Origin: an uncultured Nitrososphaeraceae archaeon
GTDB taxonomy: Archaea; Thermoproteota; Nitrososphaeria; Nitrososphaerales; Nitrososphaeraceae
Assembly (NCBI GenBank): GCA_963837175.1
Contig: CAWIMJ010000012.1
Coordinates: 64,001 to 128,000 of the forward strand
Length of the DNA stretch: 64,000 nucleotides
Reading direction: 5' to 3'
In this document: positions 20,369-31,214 of the stretch, one piece after another
How the letters are laid out: each line of letters starts with the position of its first letter
Position numbering within the stretch: the first letter of the stretch is position 1
Program-made: the position numbers and the translations under genes
Notes under the pieces: model-generated
The model's input: only the letters and a program-made list of their open reading frames with translations
What the model was told of the DNA's origin: nothing
The model's database searches: none

Positions 20369-21171
20369 CTCAGTGATATGTTCAGATATCATTGCCTTTA
20401 TCGACAAATAGTCGAGAAGATTAAAAAGATGAATAAAATATACATATGGTTAATCTTCATGGTATAGTTTCATTGTATTCTCTTTATCCTCTCTGTATGA
20501 ATTTATAAAAATAATAAGAATATAAAATAATTCATTCACTTGTATCAACTACATTTCAAAAAGACGAAAGCATCCATATACAGAGAGAGAGCATACAACT
20601 TACTTTAAAAGACTAGTAAAGAACTGATAGTTCGTTATCAATTAAAATTATCTTTTCTAAAACATGTACATTTTATAGATCTGGAAAATTTTAATGTCAA
20701 AATAGAACTGTATGCATAGAATTACTGGAAAATTTGCTTATAGACGCACATGGTCGATAATACACAAAATATACTAATAGAACATTTCAATCAATTCATA
20801 ACACACTTCATTATCAGTATAGAATCTGTTCATTCAAAACGAGATGAAATTAAATGGAATAATAATATAAGTATCAGAGTAACAAAAAAAAGCAATGACT
20901 CTCTTAAATATAGTTGCAAGAGAAGATGATGATGATTATACTGATTATGATTTAGTTATTTTGTGTCTCTAGTCTGCGAAAAGGGTTAACAGAGTGATTA
21001 ATTCGGTTCAAACCATATTGAATTATTTATAAGCTTGTCTACTCATAGAAATCAGCCAGAGGTGGCATAATAATTAGGGAGTCATCATCTACTATTCTTT
21101 GCTTAGCTCTAAATTGCTATCGAAACCCAGGGCTAAATCACAAGTGAACTGATATGATGTATTAGTTCTAC

Positions 21172-21651
21172 TTAAGAATCAAAATCTTTAACTTCTAGAG
21201 TAATAAAGTCCGTCCAAACATTAATTCCAGTAAATATAAAAACCTGAAAGTGAAGATGAGGTAGATATGTATAACCAGTCATTCCAACCTTGGCTATCTC
21301 TTGGCCTTCACTAACATGTTGACCTACTTTTACCTTTGAACTACGATAGGCTAAGTGATTGTATCTTGAATACTCTCCATTAGAATGTCTAATTACAATA
21401 AAATTAGTATAATTCCAATAGGTTGGTTCAGGACCTCCAATATCAGAGTCATCTCTAATAAAGTCCACTATTCCATTGGCTGCAGCAATCACTGGTGTGT
21501 TTACAGGAACTATTAAATCAATTGCATTTCTGAGATTCCCTACGTGTGCTGGAGACGAAGTTCTATCGATACGTTCTAGAAAATCTTTTGGTACAGGGAG
21601 AATATATCTATTGATAGCTTTTCTCTCCAATTCTTCATCAAGAGTTCTCAA
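21172..21651 (-). CDS. M23 family zinc metallopeptidase
   Basis: H...AID, TPVIAAANG, YNHL, VKVGQHVSEGQEIAKVGMTG, PHLHFQV. Confidence 0.9.
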   Translation of the reverse strand: MRTLDEELERKAINRYILPVPKDFLERIDRTSSPAHVGNLRNAIDLIVPVNTPVIAAANGIVDFIRDDSDIGGPEPTYWNYTNFIVIRHSNGEYSRYNHLAYRSSKVKVGQHVSEGQEIAKVGMTGYTYLPHLHFQVFIFTGINVWTDFITLEVKDFDS

Positions 21652-22222
21652 ACTTTAATAGCCTTATATAAAGTTGAGGTAAAAAATGCATTCTTGAGTG
21701 CTACAACAAATTCGTGGTCCCCATGTACTCATAAGTCATAGCATATAGCATTAAAGCACTAGGAAAGTCAATCCACATCTATCCCCCAGTAGCTTCCTCT
21801 TGTATACAATATCCAAGATACAACTGCCATTGACAACTGTCGTCATAAATCAGATCATCAGCCAAAAATCTGGCTATAAGAATATAATTTTATAAAGAAA
21901 CCTACTGCCATTCTCACTATAGCAAACTGCCTACTATCTATTCAACTATCTGCTGCTAGCGATTAGCCATAAATTGTTCTAACTATCCATAAAATTTGTA
22001 GATATTGCATACAATTAAAACTTCCATCAATAACAGATTTATTTAAAAGACGATAATTCTTTGAAATATGTCTTGTCGAATTCCACTGCATCATAATTGA
22101 TGTTTTTGTTTATATATATTGCCGCATTGCTAGTTTAACAAGAGTACCAACACCGGGACGTGTGAAGCTTGCGAATTTACACAAAGAAAATCTTAAGAAT
22201 AATTAAAGATAGAAGAAAAGTG

Positions 22223-23440
22223 ATGAGTATAAGTTTAGACGATAATCATGGCCCTAAATATAAGGAACCAGAGACTAGTTCATCAATTAATAATTCATCC
22301 CATGATAATGCTTTCTCGTCTTTTCCGGCTGCATCTCAAAATATATCAGACAAAGAAGAGATATCATTCTCTGGAAAATCCGAAAACTATTGTGTATCGT
22401 TTATTGATATGGTAAATTCTACAAATATTACAGCACAAATTTCTCACGCAGAAAAAATTAGAAGGTATTATTCGATATTTATTAATACAATGGCAACTTT
22501 AGCTACAAACTACGGTGCAAAGATAATCAGAAATGCCGGCGATAGTCTAACATACTATTTTCCAAAAACAGCAGATTCAACCAACAAGGATGCTTTCAAA
22601 AATGTTATAGAATGTGGTCTTACAATGATATCAGCAGGAACCGTTCTCAACACGAGGATGTATGAAGAAGGATTGCCACCTATTAATTATAGAATTAGCG
22701 CTGACTATGGCAGAGTGGAGGTTGTCAGATCAGCCATTTCACAAAATGATGATTTATTTGGTCCTACTATGAACATATGTGCCACAATAAACTCTAAAGC
22801 ATTGCCAAACCAGATGGTCATTGGCGGCGATCTATATCAAATTATAAAGTCTTTTTCTCATTTTCATCATGATTATCAATTCAAGTCAGCAGGTGAATAC
22901 CATGTTGGCTTCAAACAAATGTATCCAATATATTCTGTATTAACTAAACATAGAACCCACACCCTATCCTCACATGAACAAATGAATAGATTAAAACCTG
23001 TCCAAATACATTCTTCTGCTACATCAGAATCCGATTATAGGGATCAGAAAGAACATACTCCTAATATTATGCTCGTAGATGATGACCCAGATATTCTTTT
23101 AACATACAAATCTATATTGGTTGATGAGAACTGCAATATCGAAACATTTACAGATGCCCAGGAGGCATTAAAACATTTTTCACAAGCGAACCATTCTAAC
23201 TATGATTTAGTATTATTAGATATTAGAATGCCTGGTCTTAATGGTCTTCAATTATATTACAAACTAAAAGCAATCAACATGGCGATAAAGATATTATTTG
23301 TCTCTGCGCTTGACGCAGCAGATGAATTGTTAAGCATATTACCTGATGTAAATGTGGACTATGATGTTATCAGAAAACCAGTCAATCGAGAAGATTTTGT
23401 TAACAAAATAAGGGCAGTCCTCTCAAGTTCTTTAAATTAG
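22223..23440 (+). CDS. Class III adenylate/guanylate cyclase fused to a C-terminal receiver domain (ORF track start 22169)
   Basis: FIDMVNST, RNAGDSL, DLFGPTMN; REC motifs LVDDDPD, LLDIRMPGLNG, RKP. Confidence 0.88.
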   Translation: MSISLDDNHGPKYKEPETSSSINNSSHDNAFSSFPAASQNISDKEEISFSGKSENYCVSFIDMVNSTNITAQISHAEKIRRYYSIFINTMATLATNYGAKIIRNAGDSLTYYFPKTADSTNKDAFKNVIECGLTMISAGTVLNTRMYEEGLPPINYRISADYGRVEVVRSAISQNDDLFGPTMNICATINSKALPNQMVIGGDLYQIIKSFSHFHHDYQFKSAGEYHVGFKQMYPIYSVLTKHRTHTLSSHEQMNRLKPVQIHSSATSESDYRDQKEHTPNIMLVDDDPDILLTYKSILVDENCNIETFTDAQEALKHFSQANHSNYDLVLLDIRMPGLNGLQLYYKLKAINMAIKILFVSALDAADELLSILPDVNVDYDVIRKPVNREDFVNKIRAVLSSSLN

Positions 23441-24377
23441 ATAGTTGATTCAAAATTACATGGCATTAATATTTTCTAGAGTTAATTATTATTATTATTA
23501 TTATTACTATTAACAATAATATTATTATTAACTTTATACAGAATGATTAATTTTTGTTTTAATATTTTATTAGTTCTCTATTTTTATAGGCGTACACTTT
23601 TTAATCTGATGTATTGCATCGTCTGCTATTGTTATATTGTTAACATCTAACGAACAGATTCTATGTATACTAGTACATAATTATTATGATAGCATTATCT
23701 TGAATTATATTTTATGTCTTCCAGTGAGATGACCAAAACATAATGCAAGTTTACCAACTCATAAGAAGTTTCTCAGAAATGTCTGGAAACAATTGCTTTT
23801 ATGAGAATTAAAATTATGTTCTTCAATAAATAAGTAATGGAGTAAATTACTTGATCCACTACTAATAATTAGGAAAAGCAAAATTTCAATTGGTTGATAT
23901 TCTAGGCAAATCTACTTCAATAGAATTTGGCATGAGTTAAATAACATAGATGTTAACGAAATGCCTTTTAATACTCGTAGTCGTTACACCTCAAAGTAGA
24001 TTAGGTGGTCACTATAATAGATAACTTTAGGTATTGACAGATTCATAAAAATAATTTGGCCTTTTGATCAACTGTGATAGTACCAGATAATAATATTATT
24101 CTGCCGAGCATAGTCAATATTTCCATAAGTATGAATTTACTACGTCAAAGCCATTCTTAGCATCTTTATTTCTAAAAGAAATAATCTCTGTAACACCAGA
24201 AGCCTTTAATAAAAAAATCCAATATTTCTAATTGAAATGTGCCAAATAGATGCGTTCTATAGATACAAGTATTTCCAAGTATTTCCATGCATGTATGAAT
24301 GCATCAGAATAAATAAATGGAGAAATTTCAAAACAGATATAATATTACGCATGCTTTAGTTTCTTTTAGTATTCGCA

Positions 24378-25553
24378 TTGCTAATATCCCATATAGCTGA
24401 TATTCATCTAGGATATTCACAATTCAATTTGCAGGAAAGAGAGGAAGACATCTATGAAGTGTTTGAAGAAGCAATTGACAAATCTATATCAGAGCATGCA
24501 GATATCGTCATATTAGCAGGTGATATTTTTCATACACCACGACCAAGTGGTTCTTCAATAATAAAGCTGGCAAATGAGCTCAAGAAACTAAAGGAAAAGT
24601 CTATTCCTGTCTTTTTTGTCCTAGGAGAGCATGATATTAATAGAATGCAAGATGTTCCTGTACCCTACGTTTTTCATAATCTCCGATTGGCAACTAGATT
24701 GAAGGAGAATCAACCATTACGGCATAGAAACATAACTATCTTTGGTTTTGATAAGGAAAGAAAGAGTAATATGCAGAATCTGTTAGAACGATTCCAATTC
24801 ACACAGGAGCTAGCACAGCAACAAAAAAAAGATGTAGGAGGATCAAATAATAAAAATATTCTTGTCCTTCATCAGGGCCTTACAGATTTTAACAAATTTG
24901 CTGGCGAACTCAACTCTACTGACCTTCCAAAGGCGTTCGACTATTATGCAATGGGTCATTACCACGATCATATCGAAAAGAAATTCGATTATCTTGATGG
25001 CTTAATATCATATCCAGGCTCGCTGGATTTAACTCCTAGTGAAGGAATTAAAGAAGTTGACAAGGGATTTTGTCTTGTAGATACTTCTGGACAAGAAGTA
25101 AGAACCAATTGGATAAGGTTGGAGAAAAGGAGGCCACAATTTTCAGTAAAGGTAGATTATGAATTGCTAGAACAGGATTTGGCCGATCTTGTAAAGAAAA
25201 CAAGAAATTACGAAAAGAAACCTATAGTATTATTAAAAATAATAGGAAAAGAAATTGATTCAAAAACCATAGCATCAAAGTTAGTAAAATTAAATTCTTT
25301 CTGCTTGCATTATGTATGGCAACCATTAGAAGACTACATAACCTCACCTCTATCTTATGACGAGAAACCATTTGATATGGACAATGAATTACACAAACTA
25401 GCAAAAGAGGCATTAAAGTCAGAATATCTAGCTTCACTTGCTATAAAGGAGATATTGCCTTTGGCAGGCCGAGGAGATTCGAAAGTGACATTAGATCTGC
25501 TTTGGAAAATCTACAATGACATAAAAGCATATGGAGGAGAATTAAAATTTTAA
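24378..25553 (+). CDS. mre11: Mre11 DNA double-strand break repair nuclease
   Basis: HIADIHLG, AGDIFH, GEHD, LHQG, MGHYH, YPGS; adjacent to rad50. Confidence 0.93.
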   Translation: MLISHIADIHLGYSQFNLQEREEDIYEVFEEAIDKSISEHADIVILAGDIFHTPRPSGSSIIKLANELKKLKEKSIPVFFVLGEHDINRMQDVPVPYVFHNLRLATRLKENQPLRHRNITIFGFDKERKSNMQNLLERFQFTQELAQQQKKDVGGSNNKNILVLHQGLTDFNKFAGELNSTDLPKAFDYYAMGHYHDHIEKKFDYLDGLISYPGSLDLTPSEGIKEVDKGFCLVDTSGQEVRTNWIRLEKRRPQFSVKVDYELLEQDLADLVKKTRNYEKKPIVLLKIIGKEIDSKTIASKLVKLNSFCLHYVWQPLEDYITSPLSYDEKPFDMDNELHKLAKEALKSEYLASLAIKEILPLAGRGDSKVTLDLLWKIYNDIKAYGGELKF

Positions 25554-25554
25554 C

Positions 25555-27651
25555 ATGATAAAGGACATCAACCTACATAATTTCATATCGCATAGAGATA
25601 CTTCACTATCTTTAGACAAGGGAATCACGATTTTTGTAGGACATAATGGATCAGGTAAATCGAGTATAATAGATGCAATAACTTTCGCTTTGTTCGGAGA
25701 GCATACAAGGAAATCCAATAAGAACCTTATACTTAGAGGGGCTTCCTCATCTTTCACTCGCCTAAACTTTTTTGTTAATTCAAAAGAATATAGTGCTTAC
25801 AGACAGATAGGATCTCTAGGACAATCAATATCGGCAAAATTAGATCTTGTATCAGACTCAAACAATATTATAAATAAACCCATCGTAGCAGGCGAAAGAA
25901 AACAATTTGGAGAGTCTATGAGTGCAGAAGTTGCAAAGACTCTTGGGGTAGACTATAAGAAATTGAAAGTAGCGACTATTATACAGCAAGGAGAACTTAA
26001 CAGAATAATAGAGTTCCACCCTAAAGACTTCAAAGAACTTCTCAATGGAATGATAGGTATGGATAGATTGGATCTGGCTTATCAAACAATGCATGAAATA
26101 ATTGATGGCTTCAGGGAAAGACTACGTGAGCATAATAATGGATTTGATGATAAACAAATTGAATCAATACGCAATAGCATACAACACAATATTTCTGAAC
26201 TCTTTGATTCTGAAAGCATTCTAAAGCAATTAGAAAATGAAAGAAATAGAGCAAATACAAAGTTGCGTTCAATTGAAAAAGAAATAGAACGTATTGAACC
26301 ATTGATACTAAAGGCAAGAGAACTTCAAACAATGGAAAACGCTCTTATGAAATATCTCACTGAAAAAAAGGATTGCATTTTAGACGACATTGTAAAACTT
26401 GATCGCATAATAAAAGAGGCACATACCTCGATACAAATAGTTTCAGGAAAGGAAGAAATCAGAATTAACCTTCAAATGGTAAGATCTGAAGTTGAAGACG
26501 CAGAGCTCAGAATCATAAACAATGAAGGAGAATCTGGAAGACTAAAAGGATTATTAGAATTTGCCAAAAAACTAGAAATTAAGGATGGAAAATGTCCTGT
26601 CTGCAATTCAAAGGTTCAAACGATTAACAAGATGTTAGATACGGATCATATCAAAAATGAAATAAAACAGAAGAATGATGAACGATCAAAACTATTAACA
26701 GAGAGAAGTAATGCAAAGAAAGAAGAATCTTTTCTAGAGGAAAAAGAAAAGCCAATTGCAGCATCTGAAAAGTTTCTTGCTTCAAATAATATCTCCAACC
26801 TTCAAGATATAACAAAATTAGAAAATGACCTTTTTCATAAAAGGAATGATTTGTCAAAACTTCCCAAGAATATTGTAGGAATAGGTGAAGATCCTACGGT
26901 ATTCATGATTGACGACTTTTCAAAATCCTTAGTCGAGAATATTATAAAGCTTAGATTTGAAGTAAAGAACTTGCGAATACAAGATTATATAGATGCAAAG
27001 CTCAATCATACCCATCTTTCTGATGCTTTGCTTGAAATTAATATAAAAATAGGCTCATCTCAAAAATCTATTCAGCAAGCTACAAAATTTATTGATGACT
27101 TTAATAGAATCCTTACAGAACTCGAAAATGCTCCTAAATACATTGACATATTGGAAAAAATTCGATCAACTGTGTTTAATCGTGATGGGTTGGTAGGATT
27201 AAGTCTTCGTTCATGGGCATTAAAAACGATCTCTTATAAGGCTTCAGAATATGCAACCATGTTTAATATAGGAATTTCAAGAATAGATTTGACAGAGAAA
27301 GTCAAAGATGTAGATATCATCTGTTATGGAAGACATGGAGAAATTGACATGAATTGTCTAAGCGGGGGCGAAAAAGTTGCAGTAGCACTTGCACTCAGAC
27401 TTGCAATTGCATATATGATGGGTTCAAGTAAACTCGATTTCATAATTTTAGACGAACCAACAGCTCATTTAGATGCAGAAAGACGAAAATCCATGGTAAA
27501 AATTATTTCGGAAGCATTCAAAGATGGAAATGGACCTCTTTCTCAAATTATTATAATCACTCATGATGCAGAAATCTTTGAGGATTCGGAGGTTGATAGA
27601 ATTTATCGTTTCACAATGAGTATTGATGGTTCGAATGTATCGACAGAATAG
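25555..27651 (+). CDS. rad50: Rad50 ATPase
   Basis: Walker A GHNGSGKS, zinc hook CPVC, LSGGE signature, ILDEPTAHLD, IITHD. Confidence 0.93.
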   Translation: MIKDINLHNFISHRDTSLSLDKGITIFVGHNGSGKSSIIDAITFALFGEHTRKSNKNLILRGASSSFTRLNFFVNSKEYSAYRQIGSLGQSISAKLDLVSDSNNIINKPIVAGERKQFGESMSAEVAKTLGVDYKKLKVATIIQQGELNRIIEFHPKDFKELLNGMIGMDRLDLAYQTMHEIIDGFRERLREHNNGFDDKQIESIRNSIQHNISELFDSESILKQLENERNRANTKLRSIEKEIERIEPLILKARELQTMENALMKYLTEKKDCILDDIVKLDRIIKEAHTSIQIVSGKEEIRINLQMVRSEVEDAELRIINNEGESGRLKGLLEFAKKLEIKDGKCPVCNSKVQTINKMLDTDHIKNEIKQKNDERSKLLTERSNAKKEESFLEEKEKPIAASEKFLASNNISNLQDITKLENDLFHKRNDLSKLPKNIVGIGEDPTVFMIDDFSKSLVENIIKLRFEVKNLRIQDYIDAKLNHTHLSDALLEINIKIGSSQKSIQQATKFIDDFNRILTELENAPKYIDILEKIRSTVFNRDGLVGLSLRSWALKTISYKASEYATMFNIGISRIDLTEKVKDVDIICYGRHGEIDMNCLSGGEKVAVALALRLAIAYMMGSSKLDFIILDEPTAHLDAERRKSMVKIISEAFKDGNGPLSQIIIITHDAEIFEDSEVDRIYRFTMSIDGSNVSTE

Positions 27652-27772
27652 ATATTTTAATTAAATAAAGAGCAGTCATCGATCTGCTAATAAATCTCGG
27701 TACATTCCATTAAATGTCCGAAATGACTAGATTAGTAATTAAATTTTTTTATTCATTATCTATTATTATTCA

Positions 27773-28274
27773 TTATCCTCCTGTCATTCTGGTGAATTTA
27801 TTGTTTCTTTTCATGGTGGAAACATAGTCGATATTTGCAAGAGCAATAATCGCTGATTCTCTTACTTCTTCACTTTCATCTTTCAATGCTTCATTGAGTA
27901 TTTCTCTTCCTTCTTCAGATCCAATCACACCTAATGCAACTGCTGCTTCATGTCTAACAAAATAACTTGGATCTGATTTAACAGCATTGAAAAGAGCGGG
28001 CATAGCAGTCTGGTAGCCAATCTGACCCAAAGAAAAAGCTGCCTCATGTCTTACCAATGCGTTCTTGTCATCCTCGAGGACTCTACTAATAGGTTCTACA
28101 GCATCTATACCGGACATATCTGCTAATATGCATATAACACGAGTTCTAATAACACTATCTTCATGACTCAACAAATCCTTGAAATATTGTTTGTTTTGAT
28201 TATCGTATTGTAGTTTCCATTTCTTCGAATAATCTGATCCTGACATCAGACTTTACACATCTTTCATCAATCAT
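27773..28274 (-). CDS. HEAT-repeat protein resembling half of deoxyhypusine hydroxylase; probable +1 indel at 28214-28216 (ORF track 27773-28246)
   Basis: LVRHEAAFSLGQ and FVRHEAAVALG, then EVRESAIIAL. Removing one base joins ATG 28274 (MIDERCVKSDVRIRLFEEME) to LQYDNQNKQYF. Confidence 0.82.
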
Positions 28275-28649
28275 ATTGATAACTGATTGGAAATCTCATA
28301 TCATAAATATTTGCTTATTGCGCTGACAGTATACCTGTTAAATAGTGTATATATTGTATAGATTATATAGTTTAGAATAATATGTCATATTATAGTTCTT
28401 CACAGTTTATTGACTCCACACAAACAACATAGAAGAAGAAAAAATTAGAGATGATAAAAATAAGAAAAGTCAGTATTAAATAGGTAGACAGATGAAAGTA
28501 GCTGAACCCATTATTTTCATGCATGTATATCTATTCTTATGGAATTCTTTAGAACGTAGCACAGATTTTATATTTTACGAATGTGTTATGAAATTCTCTT
28601 TTAACTTACCCACCACATTATTATAAAGCTGACAAATTATATTGATAGC

Positions 28650-29111
28650 ATGCGTTTAAGATACTGGCGATTAGGCATTACCGATGTTTTAGAGGCAAAG
28701 TACCCTATTGAAAAGGCTAATCACTGGGAAATTAAATGTATGCAAGGAGAATATCAACACTTTGGCGTTTTCTGGTATAAATTCGGTACACCTTATGATA
28801 AGGAACCTGTTCATGGCATTTGCTTCTATTATAACGAGATCCCACAAAAAACTGTAGAGGAGATCATAGAATTACTGCATACTAAATTCGGCGGAAAGAT
28901 TCTGTATAAACAAACAAGAGTTTTCTTACAAGGCTCAAAGGAGTTTGCTGATCCAAAATCTGTAGGAACACTCGCAAATGAGTTAAGTTTAAAATTCAAA
29001 TCACCAGTTGAACTCACTATCGAGTTTGAAAAAGTAACAAAAGAAGAACAAGAAAAAAATAGCTATAATTTGCCTTCAGGTAAGATGCTACCTATAGTAG
29101 GGCAGGACTAG
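28650..29111 (+). CDS. Conserved hypothetical protein
   Basis: 153-aa ORF with typical codon usage; no family recognised. Confidence 0.75.
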   Translation: MRLRYWRLGITDVLEAKYPIEKANHWEIKCMQGEYQHFGVFWYKFGTPYDKEPVHGICFYYNEIPQKTVEEIIELLHTKFGGKILYKQTRVFLQGSKEFADPKSVGTLANELSLKFKSPVELTIEFEKVTKEEQEKNSYNLPSGKMLPIVGQD

Positions 29112-29221
29112 GTTAATAAACTGATACAAAACGTTCATCTAACTTTATTGGCGTTCAAATAGGTCTTCAAAGTTGACTGATGCACCATCATTGTCATTCT
29201 TTTGAAGAATTTATCGTTTGG

Positions 29222-29668
29222 CTATAAAGTAGCAGTGCTTTCTGGATAAGTATCTAGCATTGACTTTAACTTTGTTATCAAATTTGAAATGCTAACAGGT
29301 TTGCTGATAAAATCAATTACGTGAACAGATGGTATTACCTTTTTGAATTCATCCTTATTTATTTCGAAGGCTGTTATGAATGCAATTTTTGGAGACGATC
29401 TCCTCTCTTTTATTCTACGATATAATTCAAATCCGCTCATTTTAGGCATTCTAATATCAGTGAGAATAATATCGTAGTAATATTCAGAATGACTTTCAAA
29501 AGCCTGTAAAGCTGATTCACCATTAGAGAAAGTATCTACCTTGAAAACATTATCTGATTCCAAACCTCGTTTTATGATAGATAATATGTCCTTCTCATCA
29601 TCGACAACCATAATTCTGGGAATCAAATTTCCCCGTCGATTTTTACTCATAAAAATATTGTAGATCAT
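29222..29668 (-). CDS. Stand-alone response regulator receiver (CheY-like)
   Basis: IMVVDDEKDI, LTDIRMPKMSG, FITA, FISKP. Confidence 0.92.
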   Translation of the reverse strand: MIYNIFMSKNRRGNLIPRIMVVDDEKDILSIIKRGLESDNVFKVDTFSNGESALQAFESHSEYYYDIILTDIRMPKMSGFELYRRIKERRSSPKIAFITAFEINKDEFKKVIPSVHVIDFISKPVSISNLITKLKSMLDTYPESTATL

Positions 29669-29979
29669 ACCTTACGTAAAAATGTTATCTATATCTATAT
29701 AGAAAATTAATCCTTTTAATCTTATATAATATTTATTGTAATATTTATATTTATTATAAATTCGTGATAACAAAATCCTTTACTTTTATCGAAGAATTAT
29801 TATCCATACTGAATTAGATTCAATTTATCTAAAATTTATAACGACAAATAAATTCAATAACGCGATACGATAGATATAATTGCTCTTGTTAGTTCTGTCT
29901 TAATAGCTAATTTCACCTTGGAACGTATTATTGAACACAACTATTCCAATTTTATACATACATATATAATAATGCAAAA

Positions 29980-30498
29980 TTGATATACCTGAGGCAAAGT
30001 GAAAATACCGTGTCTGCTACAAGTCAGGAAAACTGGATAAATCTCCTTCTTGAAGAAAAAATATATGATTTTAATAAATGGAGGATGAAAAATCTCATTA
30101 TTAGACCGGATATAAGCGGCAAGAATTTGTCTAACAAAGATCTTTCCGGAGCTTATTTTAATGGCGTTTCTTGTGTAGAAACAAATTTCTCTCACTGCAA
30201 TTTATCCAAGGTCAATTTTGTCCAAGCAGATCTCACAGCAGCTAATCTTGAGGAAACGAACCTTACTGATGCATTGTTAATGTATGCAGAAATGAAAAAT
30301 TGTAATCTTAGAAAGGCCACCTTGATTCGAACAAATCTCATGTGGACCAATTTGCAAAACTCTGATCTATCGGGGTGCAAAATGTCAAAGACAGTGTTAG
30401 TGGAGGCAGATATGAAGAATGCAAAAATTATTGATGTTGACAGAACTGGGGCTTATTTAAAATATGCTAAACTTGAAAAAACTGCTTGGCAAAATTAA
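29980..30498 (+). CDS. Pentapeptide repeat protein
   Basis: Tandem A/T-N/D-L-x-x repeats after FNKWR...PDISG. Confidence 0.92.
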   Translation: MIYLRQSENTVSATSQENWINLLLEEKIYDFNKWRMKNLIIRPDISGKNLSNKDLSGAYFNGVSCVETNFSHCNLSKVNFVQADLTAANLEETNLTDALLMYAEMKNCNLRKATLIRTNLMWTNLQNSDLSGCKMSKTVLVEADMKNAKIIDVDRTGAYLKYAKLEKTAWQN

Positions 30499-31214
30499 GC
30501 AGTAATAAAGATTCTCTAATTATAAGCATTATTCTCTGGTGGCAATATCCTAGACATACATTACTTTTTAAGCTTTAATATTTTGGCAGACAATATACTA
30601 GAATACTTATAAGAAGAATTCATATCAGAAATTTGAGTTGAGTTCAGTAAACTGATTTATGAAGTATATATTAGAGTACTGTAAAAGATCCAAAATATAC
30701 AATAGGCATATAAAAATGCATAAAAATGCAATTATTATTAATCTTCATTTAGTATTCTTTTTTTTCGTCTAACAAAAGATGATATTGATGTTACCGAGTT
30801 TTATTTCATTTATTCCAAAAGTTTAAGCTCACATATAAAACTGATTTTCTTTCCATCACATTCATGTATAACGTCTATTATTTCATTGTCATTTTCTTTA
30901 ACACCGTAATCATCTAAAGCTTTTTTTCTTTAGGCTAACTAGTCAGGTACCTTAATAAAACTATCACAAGGATTAATGCCGCCTGTGCATGAATGATACC
31001 ATTAAACTAAATTAATCAAAGTCTGTAAGACTTGTAGTAATAAGGTAACAAAATTATTGGAACACAAAATTACTTACAAGTAAAAATATTAGCATCATCT
31101 TTTCTAAGTTATTAGAATATTAATTCTTAATCACAAGACAAGATAAGCATATTTCTATTTGTACATAATGTATTTGTAGGGATTGATAACTGTTAATAGA
31201 GATACGGGAGAAAA

